From assembly GCA_900547725.1 (NCBI GenBank), contig URHR01000003.1, positions 1-62,027 of the forward strand: DNA of 62,027 nt, given 5' to 3'. Shown here one piece after another: positions 43,617 through 54,700 of the stretch (position 1 is its first letter; every line of letters starts with the position of its first letter). Under the pieces are notes generated by a model. That model was given only the letters and a program-made list of their open reading frames with translations, did not search any database and had not been told where the DNA came from. The position numbers and the translations under genes were made by a program. Origin of the DNA: an uncultured Eubacteriales bacterium. GTDB taxonomy: Bacteria > Bacillota > Clostridia > Oscillospirales > CAG-272.

Positions 43617-45302
43617 ATGAAGAAATTTGTATGTTTGCTGTTGGTGACGGTACTGCTTCTTGCCGCAACGGCGGCGATCCCTGTGTCCGGTGAAGAAGCG
43701 GAGGAAGCCGCCTTTACCGCACCGGTATTTTTCGGCGTGCAGACCGCACCCGGAGACGGGGAGAACACACAGCATATCCGCTTCATCTCGGTTGCTCCGA
43801 ATGCCGTCGGAACTGCGTTCGGATATGAGATTACCGCACAGTATACGGAAAACGGCGCTCTTCGGACGGTGCGTTACAGTGCCGCCGACGGGGACGCCGT
43901 GCTTGAGGGCAACACGGTGTATCGCTCCGTTCTGACCGGGGCATATCAGGCGGAAGGGACACGGGTTACGGCGCAGGAGCTGGGAAGTCAGTTGACCCCG
44001 CCGATTCCGAACCCGTTCGGTCTGTTTGCCCTGTCGATTCAAAATGTGCCGACGAACATCGGGAACATTACGTTCTGGGTTCGTACTTACGTAAAAAACG
44101 GCGATGCGGTCATGGACAAATCGGGCGCGACCGGGGTTTCGGTGACAAACGGAACGGTTTCCGAAACTGCGGCTGCCCCGGCGTATCCTTGGGTGACGCA
44201 GGGCGGCGACGGGTCTGCCGCCTATCCCTTTGTTCTCAACGGTAAAAATTTCAGAGCGTTTTATTACTACTATTCCAATTGTACCGGCGGCGCGAAGAAC
44301 GGCTTTGCGGCAAACCGTCACTTTGCGTTGGAGAGCGACATTGTCCTGAACGCGGGGGATGCAAAAGCCTGGGGGACGGATGCGCCCGCGCTGGTCTTTG
44401 ACAAATCGATGAACGCATTCAACGGTGTACTCGACGGCAGAGGGCACAGCATTTCGGGACTGTGCATCAAGGTGTCCGGTGACCGTGCCGCACTGTTCCA
44501 TCAGATCAATAAGGGATCGACCGTCAAAAATCTCGGCATTGTCAACTCTTATATCGAACTGAATGCGGGAAGTGCGGGCTATATCACCAGCGGCACGTTT
44601 GCCGGACGGCTGCTCGGAAACATCGAAGGCTGTTACAGCGACGCGGTTGTGGTCGGCATCGGCGGCACACCGAAAACCAACACCCTGGGCGGCATTGTGG
44701 GAATGGTGAATGAAAACGGTGTCACCGTCAAGGGCTGCGTGTTTGCCGGCTCGGTGACCTCCGAAAACGCGGGAGCAGGCGGAATTGTCGGAAAGATCAA
44801 TGGCGGAAAGACCGGTGTTGTGATTTCGGACTGCCTCAACCTCGGCGATGTGAAAACCGGATTTACCCGTTCGGGCGGTATCCTTGGGGAAAACTCCAAC
44901 AATGACGATCCGGCAAACAAGATCATCAACTGCATCAATCTTTCGAAAAACATTGTCAGCGCGGCAACCGCTGAGGGCGGAAAGGCCGGCGGAGAGATTT
45001 ACGGCGACAACTATGCCAGCATCCGCAAGCTGACAGTCAATACCTATATCATCTCCGATGTCCGCGTGTCCGGCGGGACGGTTGCAAACGGCGTGACGCT
45101 GGATGAGAACGGTGCGGTTGTGAACGATGAAAAGAACGTCGGCTGGACATTTAAGATCGTTACGCTGAAAGCCTTCCTTGCCGGCGGAGAGAATGCACCG
45201 GAGGGGTGGAGCTACAGGGAAGGCTGTCTGCCATGCCCGATCGACTGGCTGGATATTGACCTTGCCCCCTATCTGGCCGCATGGGAAATTTCGGGTATCT
45301 GA
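43617..45302 (+). CDS. Secreted GLUG-repeat protein, paralog 4 (extra N-terminal beta-rich domain)
   Basis: ORF 43581..45302. I moved the start to ATG 43617 (MKKFVCLLLVTVLLLAATAAIPVSGEE signal peptide). FNGVLDGRGHSISGL is present. The C-terminal two-thirds are near-identical to paralog 3. Confidence 0.7.
   Translation: MKKFVCLLLVTVLLLAATAAIPVSGEEAEEAAFTAPVFFGVQTAPGDGENTQHIRFISVAPNAVGTAFGYEITAQYTENGALRTVRYSAADGDAVLEGNTVYRSVLTGAYQAEGTRVTAQELGSQLTPPIPNPFGLFALSIQNVPTNIGNITFWVRTYVKNGDAVMDKSGATGVSVTNGTVSETAAAPAYPWVTQGGDGSAAYPFVLNGKNFRAFYYYYSNCTGGAKNGFAANRHFALESDIVLNAGDAKAWGTDAPALVFDKSMNAFNGVLDGRGHSISGLCIKVSGDRAALFHQINKGSTVKNLGIVNSYIELNAGSAGYITSGTFAGRLLGNIEGCYSDAVVVGIGGTPKTNTLGGIVGMVNENGVTVKGCVFAGSVTSENAGAGGIVGKINGGKTGVVISDCLNLGDVKTGFTRSGGILGENSNNDDPANKIINCINLSKNIVSAATAEGGKAGGEIYGDNYASIRKLTVNTYIISDVRVSGGTVANGVTLDENGAVVNDEKNVGWTFKIVTLKAFLAGGENAPEGWSYREGCLPCPIDWLDIDLAPYLAAWEISGI
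44584..45194 (+). repeat. 611-bp segment identical to 42636..43246
   Basis: See the partner entry. Confidence 0.9.
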
Positions 45303-45305
45303 GGC

Positions 45306-46277
45306 ATGACGATGGATCAAATTTCGGAGAACAACCGGTTTCCGGACGGTGCAACGGTCTGCTTCATCGGGGACAGCATCACCTGGAACAATCTGTTCCT
45401 TGCCCATATTGCGGCATATTATCGCTCCCGGTTTCCGGAATCCGGCGTAGCCTTTTACAACTGCGGGATTGCCGGGGCGGGACTGAAGACCCTGCTGGCG
45501 GCGTTTGATACGGATGTCAGACCGCTTTGCCCGACGCACTGCGTTCTGCTGATCGGCGCGAATGATTCGCATCTGCAGAGCGGGTGCGGGGAGGATCGCG
45601 AGGCGTGGTATTCCATGCTGGAGCGGTCCTTCGGGCGATTCCGGAGACAGCTTTCGGAGTACTGCGGGCGAATCCGGGAGATCGGTGCGGAGCTGATCCT
45701 CTGCACACAGCTTCCCTATGCGGAATATCAGGAAAGCACCGTGCCGCCGCATCGGGCGGGTGCGGCGGTGATGCTGGGGTATGCGGATTTTACGCGGGAT
45801 TATGCAAGGGAAAACGGCTATCCTTTGTGCGATTATCATTCGTATTTCGCCCGCGCCATGCAGAAGGAGGTTCTGTTTGAAGCGGATCGGGTGCATCCGA
45901 ATCCGCAGGGGCAGTACCGGATTGCCGACTGCTTTCTTGCCTTTCAGCACTGCAGTCCGGGCGCTCCGCAGGCTTTGCCGGAGGATGTGGAGGCGTGGCA
46001 CCGCACGGTGCGTGTATTGCGGGACATGGTTACGGCGGAGCATTTCATTCTTGAGGATCGGTTTGACATCCCGGAGGAGCAACGGGTGGCGGCAATGAAA
46101 CGGTATCTCTCTGCGGATCACTCCAAGGAGGCGGATTCCGCCCTGCCTGTGAGGCTTGCAGAGCAATATCTGACGGAACAGCCGGGGAGACAGAACAGAA
46201 TCCGCTCGGTCACGGACTTTATGACCAAAAAGCCAACGGTATCCGGGGAGAGCGAACCCGCACGCGCCGATTTCTGA
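45306..46277 (+). CDS. SGNH/GDSL-family hydrolase
   Basis: 323 aa. FIGDSITWNN, CGIAGAG, LIGANDS and DRVHPNPQG blocks are present. The start may instead be the ATG at 45312. Confidence 0.75.
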   Translation: MTMDQISENNRFPDGATVCFIGDSITWNNLFLAHIAAYYRSRFPESGVAFYNCGIAGAGLKTLLAAFDTDVRPLCPTHCVLLIGANDSHLQSGCGEDREAWYSMLERSFGRFRRQLSEYCGRIREIGAELILCTQLPYAEYQESTVPPHRAGAAVMLGYADFTRDYARENGYPLCDYHSYFARAMQKEVLFEADRVHPNPQGQYRIADCFLAFQHCSPGAPQALPEDVEAWHRTVRVLRDMVTAEHFILEDRFDIPEEQRVAAMKRYLSADHSKEADSALPVRLAEQYLTEQPGRQNRIRSVTDFMTKKPTVSGESEPARADF

Positions 46278-46385
46278 TTCTGCGGAACACCGCAGGGAAA
46301 TCCGGTCGTTCTGCGGGAATTTCCCGAACCGGACATCGGGGAAAAACGGAACAAACGGAGTCATAAAAGAAAGGAAGATTGATTG

Positions 46386-48170
46386 ATGACATATCCGAAA
46401 ATCGGTATCCGTCCCGTAATTGACGGAAGATGGGGCGGGATTCGGGAATCTCTCGAAGCGCAGACGATGAATATGGCGCGCAACGCCGCAAAGCTCATCA
46501 CGGAGACGCTGCGCTATCCGGACGGCTCGCCCGTGCAATGCGTCATCAGCAAAACCACCATCGGTGGCGGCGCTGAGGCTGCCGCGTGCGAGGAACAGTT
46601 CTCCCTCGAAAATGTCGTTGCCACGTTGTCCGTTACGCCCTGCTGGTGCTACGGAACAGAAACCTTTGACATGAACCCCAACACCGTCAAAGCAATCTGG
46701 GGGTTCAACGGAACGGAACGCCCGGGGGCGGTCTACCTTGCCGCCGTTCTTGCCGCACACGCGCAAAGAGGCTTGCCCGCATTTGCAATTTACGGTCAGG
46801 ACGTGCAGGATATCGGGGATAGCGGAATCACACCGGATGTCAAAGCAAAAATCCTTCGCTTTGCAAAATGTGCCGTCGCAGTCGGATGGATGAAAAATAA
46901 ATCCTATGTCAATATCGGCGGCGTAACGATGGGTATCATGGGGAGCTTTTGCGATGCCGATTTGCTGCAAAAATACTTCGGTATCCGCGCGGAATGGGTT
47001 TCCATGGTGGAAATTCTGCGCCGCATGAAACTGGAAATCTATGATCACGGGGAATATGAAAAAGCCCGCGCATGGGTCAGGGAAAACTGCCGCGAGGGAT
47101 ACGACTGCAATGCGGGGGTGACCCTGCCGAAAATCGTAACCGATTCCAAGGTCATTCCGCCCGACTCGGATTGGGATTTCGTTACGCGCATGACGATGAT
47201 CGTGCGGGATATTCTGTTCGGCAACGCGAAGCTGGATGACATGGGATGGCATGAGGAAGCGCTCGGAAAGAACGCGATTGCCGGCGGATTCCAGGGACAG
47301 CGGCAATGGACAGACTGGCTTCCGAACGGAGACTTTACCGAAACGCTGATGGCGTCAACCTTTGACTGGAACGGCGCGAAAGCCCCGACCGCATTTGCAA
47401 CCGAAAACGATACGCTCAACGGTCTGGCGATGCTGCTTGGTACTTTGGTGTCGGATACCGCGCCCTGTTTCCATGATGTGAGAACCTACTGGAGTCCGGA
47501 AGCCTGCGAGCGCGTGACCGGTAAAAAGCCGACCGGAAAAGCCGGGAACGGATTCATCCACCTGGTCAACAGCGGCGCTACCGCAATGGACGGTTGCGGT
47601 CAGGTCAGAAACGCGCAGGGAGAGAACTGCATGAAGCCGTTCTGGGATATGACCGAGGAGGATATCAGGGCTTGTACGGACGCAACGGACTGGTGTCGCG
47701 CCAACTATCAGTATTTCCGCGGCGGCGGATTTTCCGCACATTTTCTGAAGCACGCGGAAATGCCGTTGACGATGGTTCGGGTCAATATCGTTGAGGGACT
47801 TGGACCGGTGATTCAGATTGCGGAAGGCTACAGCGTTGTCCTGCCGAAAGACATGGACGAAAAAATCGACAACCGCACCGACCGCAGCTGGCCGACCGTT
47901 TGGTTTGCGCCGAACCTGACCGGAGAGGGTGCGTTCCGGGATGTCTACAGCGTGATGGCAAATTGGGGCGCAAACCACGGCGCGACGGTTTACGGTCATG
48001 TCGGGGCAGAGCTTGTAACGCTTGCTTCCATGCTCCGCATTCCCGTAACGATGCACAATGTGGCAAAGGAGAACATCTTCCGTCCGCACGCATGGGCTGC
48101 ATTCGGAACGGAAAGCGCCGAAAGCGCCGACTACCGCGCGTGCCGTCAGTACGGACCGTTGTATCGATAA
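46386..48170 (+). CDS. fucI: L-fucose isomerase
   Basis: ORF 46383..48170 with an ATG at 46386. It appears collinear with E. coli FucI as I recall it (PKIGIRPVIDGR, WGFNGTERPGAVYLAA, FQGQRQWTD, DVRTYWSPEA, VMANWGANHG, YRACRQYGPLY). Confidence 0.93.
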   Translation: MTYPKIGIRPVIDGRWGGIRESLEAQTMNMARNAAKLITETLRYPDGSPVQCVISKTTIGGGAEAAACEEQFSLENVVATLSVTPCWCYGTETFDMNPNTVKAIWGFNGTERPGAVYLAAVLAAHAQRGLPAFAIYGQDVQDIGDSGITPDVKAKILRFAKCAVAVGWMKNKSYVNIGGVTMGIMGSFCDADLLQKYFGIRAEWVSMVEILRRMKLEIYDHGEYEKARAWVRENCREGYDCNAGVTLPKIVTDSKVIPPDSDWDFVTRMTMIVRDILFGNAKLDDMGWHEEALGKNAIAGGFQGQRQWTDWLPNGDFTETLMASTFDWNGAKAPTAFATENDTLNGLAMLLGTLVSDTAPCFHDVRTYWSPEACERVTGKKPTGKAGNGFIHLVNSGATAMDGCGQVRNAQGENCMKPFWDMTEEDIRACTDATDWCRANYQYFRGGGFSAHFLKHAEMPLTMVRVNIVEGLGPVIQIAEGYSVVLPKDMDEKIDNRTDRSWPTVWFAPNLTGEGAFRDVYSVMANWGANHGATVYGHVGAELVTLASMLRIPVTMHNVAKENIFRPHAWAAFGTESAESADYRACRQYGPLYR

Positions 48171-48218
48171 GCCCGACTGAGAATCTCCGCATTTTCATGG
48201 CGCACCGAACCGAAAGAA

Positions 48219-48242
48219 CGGTATCACCGCGCAATTCACGAT
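48219..48242 (+). repeat. Solo left end of the MITE-like element
   Basis: The 20-nt segment ATCACCGCGCAATTCACGAT is identical to 120..139. Confidence 0.6.
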
Positions 48243-48247
48243 CTTCG

Positions 48248-48292
48248 GCTGGGAAAATTCCGTTCGGGTTTTCCCAGCTGCCCTTTTTTTGT
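48248..48292 (+). terminator. Intrinsic terminator of fucI
   Basis: GCTGGGAAAA (48248..48257) pairs with TTTTCCCAGC (48269..48278), followed by TGCCCTTTTTTTGT. Confidence 0.8.
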
Positions 48293-48384
48293 ATCTTTCT
48301 GTACGCATAAAATGTATAAAAAATATCGTAATAGAAAACAAAAGGTTAATTTTGGCGATCTTGCAGAGCTCGGTGCATAAAATC

Positions 48385-48413
48385 TTGCAAAATGAAAATT
48401 TTTGTGATATAAT
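48385..48413 (+). promoter_or_regulatory. Near-consensus sigma-A promoter of the giant gene
   Basis: TTGCAA (48385..48390), a 17-nt spacer ending in TGA, and TATAAT (48408..48413). I verified the coordinates against overlapping ORF-track translations. Confidence 0.65.
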
Positions 48414-48498
48414 ATGTAAAGAAATGAATATACAAGCAAGAGAAAGCACACCGCCCCCCAATCCATAAACCGCAACAGGCAACACCACACGGACTGCT

Positions 48499-48525
48499 CA
48501 GACTGAACAGACTAAACAGACTAAA
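48499..48525 (+). repeat. 9-nt tandem repeat in the leader (CAGACTGAA CAGACTAAA CAGACTAAA)
   Basis: This is a direct reading of the sequence. A fourth degenerate unit (GGACTGCT) precedes it. Confidence 0.85.
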
Positions 48526-48629
48526 CTGCCTGCGTTTTTTGTACTGTCTGACGAAATCCGGACGGTGCAGGATTGGCTGAAACGAAACCCGCGACGGGAG
48601 GTAACCGCCTATGAAATTCTGAATGATGA

Positions 48630-48668
48630 GCGCAGAGAACAGATGTTTTTCTTGCGCTTTTTTGTTTC
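48630..48668 (+). terminator. Intrinsic terminator inside the 5' leader of the giant gene (attenuator candidate)
   Basis: GCGCA(G)AGAA (48630..48639) pairs with TTCTTGCGC (48649..48657), followed by TTTTTTGTTTC. It lies 60 nt upstream of ATG 48729 and about 210 nt downstream of the promoter. Confidence 0.6.
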
Positions 48669-48728
48669 TGTCCATCAGGCAGCCGGCAAAAGGCAGGCTG
48701 CAAAACCCGAAAAAAGAACGGAGGTTTT

Positions 48729-51700
48729 ATGGAAATCAGAGTCAAAAAGACCGTTATCATCATTCTCGTTGCGGCGCTTGCCGTTCTGGCGGCTGTCGGA
48801 ACCGTCATTGGCATCGTGGTGTCACGGCGCGGACAGAACCCGACCGTTACCGTTACCGTTACCTTTGTGACGAACGGCGGAAAGGAGATTGCCCCGGTTA
48901 CGTTGCAGAAAGGGGAGACGCTGACGCTCCCGACAGCGGAAAAAGACGGCAGAGTCTTTGCGGACTGGTATTACGACGGGGAATTTGCGCAAGTCTGTCC
49001 TACGGAAATCACCGTGGAAAAGGACGAAACGCTTTACGCCCGCTACGGAGCGGTTTTAACTTTTGTAACCAATGGCGGAACGGAAATCGAGCCGCGAACC
49101 TACTTCGAAGGCGAAGAAATAGGAACTCTTCCTGTATCGTATAAGGATGATTTTTCTTTCGGCGGTTGGTATTATGACGCAGAATACAGCCAGAACGTCG
49201 GCAAAAAAGACACGATAGAATATGCTCTGACGGTATATGCAAGATTTTCGGAAAAATCCGAAACGATAAGAAAACTGACGAGTGTAAAAAACGTTTCCTT
49301 ATCTCCGGCCGTCAAAGTAAAGACCGACGGTATTGTTTTGCATAATGAAAACATATCGGATTACATCTCTTTCGTTTCTTTGAGCGGAGAAACAATAGAC
49401 CTCATCTGCCGCCCGTCGGAAAACGGGGCTTTTATCGTCGAACCCAACAAAAATCTTTCGGAGGGGATGACGTACTCTGCAAGGACTTTATCTTCTTTGC
49501 TGAAATTTGTCGCCGTTGACGGAAACGACACGGAGAGCGCAGACGAAGTAACCATAACCACGCATAAAGAAGAAAAAGAAGTTATCGAGAAAAAAACGTC
49601 TGTTCATCTCACTTCAGCCGAACTTGCCGGATGGGAAGAAAACGTTTACGTTTATATGGACGCAGGACTTGAAAAGAACGTGAACAGAATTGTGGCGAGA
49701 ACGGAAAAAGAACTGAAAGTCGGCTCGATCGTAACCGTCGGCGAAAAAACGACGGCACAAGACACCGATTATATTTGCAAAGTGATCTCCGCCGGAAAGG
49801 AGAGGATGCAATATGTTGTCGGTTCGGATATTAAAGAAGATGAATTTTATGTGTTGGACGTTGTTACTCCCAACGTAGATGACGTTTATATCGATATCGA
49901 TATATACGGAGAAAAGCAGGCACAGCTTGAAGGTGTGATAAAAATTTCTGCGGAAACGATTGCGGAAAACGTGGAAAAGAACGAAGGGATCGTGATGCTT
50001 AAAAGCGCAGTCAGAAACGCCATCGCGCAGTCGCCTACGATAACCAACTACACAAACGCTCTTTCCGAGGCGGAAAAAGCGGCGGTTGTTGCGGCAATCG
50101 CAGGTTTTGAATTTCAAAAGCCGAAAGTAAAAATAGATATAACGGGAACGGTGCTTGCTTTCGGGATCGAGCTTGGCGGTGAAATCCGGGTGAAAAACTT
50201 CAAAGTGGGCGTTTCCGTTACGATAAAAAACAGAACGCAGGTGGATTATCGGTACACGATTTGCAAGTCCGGACTTGTCACGCTGAATCCGCTGTTATGG
50301 TTCTATACCGATATTCAGGTCGACCTTGCAAACGATTTTTCGATTTCACTTGCCGCAACCGTGGAATTTGCGGACGCCAAGGACGACATTCACGGGATCA
50401 TTGACATTACCGACGAAGTGGAATACGTGATGGACATCGCCAAGGACGGACAAAACAAGTTTGCCGAAGCGATCACAGGCAGCCCTCTGTGGGATGACAG
50501 CGAACTTGAATACGTTGATATTTTCAGCATACCGTTGGGGCAGATTCCGCTGCCGGTTCCGGTTGTGTCGCTTATGATGGAGTTTAACGTAGTAGGTTCT
50601 TTGGGCGCGCGGGCAGGACTGTACGTCGAATTTTCTCATCATTACGTTGAAACGACGACCCTTACGAACGGAGAAAGCGCGGACGGCAACAACGGCAAAC
50701 CCGTGATGCACAAGGAGTTCAGGTTTCTGAGAAACACGTCCGCAAACGAAATCGAGCTTTCCGTTACCCTGAAGGGGCAGGTCGGTTTCCGTTGCGGACT
50801 CGAAGCGAAACTGTCTTTGTCGGTGTTGAAACTCAACAATGTTGCCTCGGTATACGTTTCCTTCCGTTTCGGACCTTATATCGAACTCAGCGGACTCGTC
50901 AACTTCCGTTATTCTTACGATGCCGTAAACAAGATTTCCGAAACGCACCTTTACGGCGGAATGTATCTGGAGGTCGGCTTGTTCGTCAACGCGAAAATCG
51001 GGGCGAAATTCCTTGTTTACGACGTCAATACGGACATTTTCGATAAAAAAATTCCTCTGTACGGCGTAGGCGACAGACTCATTCCGTTAGGGTTCGTCGA
51101 AAAACAAAATTCGCCGGACAATCCGTATGTTATCGTGTCGCGCTACGGTGGAGTGAGAATGAACAGCGTGCAGATGAAATATCTCGATATCGTCACAGGC
51201 GAGGAGGTCGTGGACAATGCGCTCAGAAACAGATACGGGGCGCAGCTGTGGTACGAATTCGAACTTGTCGATGCGCCGGATTATCAGACGAAAAACCATT
51301 CCGACTATGTAACGATGAACGCCGGCACATTTTCCGTCAGCAAAAAATATCCGTATAAAACGCTTCACTTTGTTGTGAAAGCGAAAATGCTTCAGCGGCA
51401 CGGCGTGTATGCAAGCGGAATCGAACGGATTTTCTATGTGGAATACCGAAATCCGGACGGCAGAGATTACGCAACTCAATACAGCGAATTTATCAACGAG
51501 TATTACGTCGGCGGCGGTTCGAGACACTCGGAAGTATTGGCAAGGCTTGCATTCCGGGAAGGGGAACAAGTCTCTCCTCCCGATTTTACGGCGGAAACGT
51601 TGCCGATTCGTCAAGGATATTATCTTGACATGAATGACCTTTGGGAAAAATACTATCCGTTTTTGGACAACCGGGTAGACAGCGAATTCGACGGAACGTT

Positions 51701-54700
51701 CCCCGTGGTAACATACGAAAACGCAAATATGCTCTTCAAGGGCTACATGATCGTACACACCTGCTACTACAGACTGAAATGGAAACAGGTTACCTATACA
51801 GCCGATTTCTACTATCCGCAGTATTCGTCCGCCGATGTCGTATCCGAAAACAAATTCCTGAAATCGGCGCAAATGCTGTATGTTCCGTCGCTTCGCTCGT
51901 TTATCGTACTGACGGACAAAATAACCGCGCCGGACATTTACGGGAAAAAGTATGACGCTTTCGTGAGTACGAGCGGATTGCGCTTCACGGTCGACTACTT
52001 CAATGTAGATCCTGACAGTGATTTGTTTGCAGGTTTCGATATGGAAGCGGGGCTGTATCCGATCATTCGGGTGGATACCGATTCCGATTTGTATCGCAAC
52101 GACTTCGACATCATCAGAAACGGCGCGACGTTTGTCGCAACGTATACGGACGCAAATGTGTTTACCGAAACCTACGTTCTGGAAACGGAAACGTTCGGGC
52201 GCGTCAAAGTCGAATACAAGCCGTTCGGTTATAACGGCAAAACCATTCGTCCTTCGCCTCCCGCAGGGCTGGGAATCGGCGACGAGTTTGAGCAAAACGG
52301 AAATACCTACGTCATCACGGGGTATCGCGATATCAATCCCGCAGACGAGGCAAACAGCCGTTACTACAGCGTTGCCGATATGCCAGATGTTACGAAAAAC
52401 AGAATTTATTACGTGCTGTACGAACGCAAGGGCTTGAGCGAACTGCCGGTATATTATGTCAATATCGTCGCGAACGGACAAAAAATCGGCGATTACGGCG
52501 TAAAACAAGGCGAGCCGATCAATGTTGCGTTGCTGAAACTCAATTTTTCGGACAAAACGGTTATCAGCAGGCTTGCAGGCTATCCGCTCATGACGTTGGA
52601 TGAAACAATAAAAACCTATTCGGTCGTCTGGGACGAGGCGAATATCCCTGCGCAGATGCCCGAGGGAGACATCACCGTAAATCTGACGGCAACGTATACG
52701 TTTAACGAGCTTACCGCCGAATTTATCGTAAGCAATCCGCTTCAACGTTTTGCCGGCGGAGTGCGTTTTGAGACAAAACCGGACGGAAACAAAGTGTATA
52801 CGGCAAAAGGCAAGGCTTGGATTTTCGGCTCGGGTGACGAAACGGCATTTTATTCGCTCCCGAAGCTCAACGATTATTTTGATTCCGACGGCAAAAAATA
52901 TTATGCGTTTTACGGTTGGAAGAACGCAGGCGGAGAGGAATATCCTTACGGAATCCGCATGGCGTTTGTCAAAAACGAGGTTTATACGCCGATATTCTCG
53001 GAAAAAACGGTATTGCCGACGATTGCGTTTGTCAGCGTCGGTGACTACGGCTATGAATATTACTACAAAATAGCCGAGGGCGATTTCTTTGGCAAAACGC
53101 TTGCGGAGGTCATACAATCCGAAAAAATCGCTCCCCCTGTCCGCGGCGACGCAACCGGCATTTACGAATATCGGTTCAGGGATTGGGGGATCGATGAAAC
53201 CTCCTACGTTGTCGGTTCCGAAAAGGACGGGGACGGCAACGTAAAAACCTACATCGTGTTCAAAGCGCGGTTTAACGAAACATACAAACGGCACACGATA
53301 ACGTTCGAGGCTTTGGGCGGAGCGTTTCCGGGAGGAGAAAAAACGCTTAAAAAGGTTGGTGTTTACGGCGAGGATATATCCTCTGTCATTGCCGGGAATT
53401 ACTCCGATGAAAAAGGCGATTTTGCATTTATTTGTTGGACGACGGTTCCGTATTCTCTTGACCATAAGGTGGACAAAGAGGATTTGAAAATCGGCAACAA
53501 AGATGCAACGTATTACGCATACTATTCGCTTTCTCCCGCCACGGTTACGCTCACCTTCAAAGGGCGCGTTCAAACGGAAGAATCCGACGGCACCGGCAAT
53601 GTTTACTTCGGCGGAGACAAAACGAAAACCGAACTCAAAGTCAGCGATTTGTACGGCAGGGGTTACTATCTGACGGCGGGCGAATTTGCGGTTGACAGCA
53701 AGTCCAAAACTTTCGTTCCCGATTATCTGAAGTGGACGGTGGACGGCGAAGAACTGCGGTCTGCGTTTTATAACGACGGGTATATGGCGTATATCCCTTT
53801 CGACAGCAATGCAACGGTAGAAATCGTTTTTAAGCCTGCCACACCGAAAATCGTCAATCTTGCATTCGTCTCTGACGGAAAATGTTTCGAGCCGGACGGC
53901 ACGATCATAGACGGCGTGATTTGCAACGGTTCTATGAGCGGGTTCAGGCACGTAGCGAATTATTATGAGGCTTACGGCTCGACCATGACTGCGCCCAACG
54001 TGGATTATTACAGCGAAAACTACTATCGCTTCGACCGTTGGGAAGCAAAGACGTCGGACGGGAATTCGGTTATTTCCGTTCGGGCGGGCGATACGATAAC
54101 CTTTACCGAGGATCTCGTTTTCTACGGCGTTTACGTCCACGATACGTCGGTAAAAGTTGAACTTACTTTCCGCGCCGATGCATCTTACGGCAGTTCGGAA
54201 GGGAACGGTGACCTCGTGGGATTAAAGGTGTTTGACGACGGCAGCGTGGAAATCAAAGACTATGGCACGGCAGGCGAAAAAATCGCGTTTGATAAAATTC
54301 CGTCCTGCAAAGGTATGAAATTCGTCGGGTGGAGAACGAACGACAGCGATGAGATCATTACGCCAAGCAAACTCAAAGAGACGGTTTATTCGGCAAAAAC
54401 GACTTATTATGCGGTTTACGAACCCGATGCCGAAGTTTATAAAGTCGTTTTGAATGCGGGCGACGGAAAATTCGCAGACGGAACAACCGAAAAAGAGGTT
54501 GATCGCGTCCCGTTCGGCAGACTGACGAAAGAACTTGAAAAACCTGCGCCGAATGCGTCCGGACTTGTTTTCAGCCACTACGAAAACGAAAGCGGCTACC
54601 CCGTAACCGTTATCGAAAAAGGGGAGACGCTTTATGCCCGGTATGCAAAGCCTGTTTCGACGTTTGAGGATCTGCTGAATATTAATCTTGCACCCGAGCA

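Noticed and set aside
43470-47306. A 1278-aa ORF on the minus strand spanning three + strand genes.
   Set aside because: It is antisense to well-supported genes (GLUG paralog 4, an SGNH hydrolase, and fucI with near full-length similarity to E. coli FucI). Its translation is Arg/Pro/Gly-rich and low-complexity, with no recognisable motif or SD. Long shadow ORFs are expected in GC-rich DNA that avoids TTA/CTA/TCA codons.
48499-48525. Tandem repeats (here, and at 40430..40468) considered as a possible CRISPR array.
   Set aside because: The units are 9 nt with no spacers, there are only 3-4 copies, and there are no cas genes. They are simple tandem repeats.
48623-49144. A 173-aa ORF starting in the giant-gene leader and overlapping its start out of frame.
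   Set aside because: It reads straight through the terminator hairpin and into the giant gene in another frame, and its composition is not protein-like. Only its first codons might matter as part of a leader-peptide mechanism; see the leader finding.
51087-54140. A 1017-aa ORF antisense to the giant gene.
   Set aside because: It is striking because this region is not GC-rich. However, it is the codon-aligned complementary frame, which stays open whenever the sense gene lacks in-frame TTA, CTA and TCA codons. Its translation (rich in R, V, I, F) has no domain signature, start context or SD. I treated it as a shadow ORF. A codon-usage check of the sense strand would confirm this.
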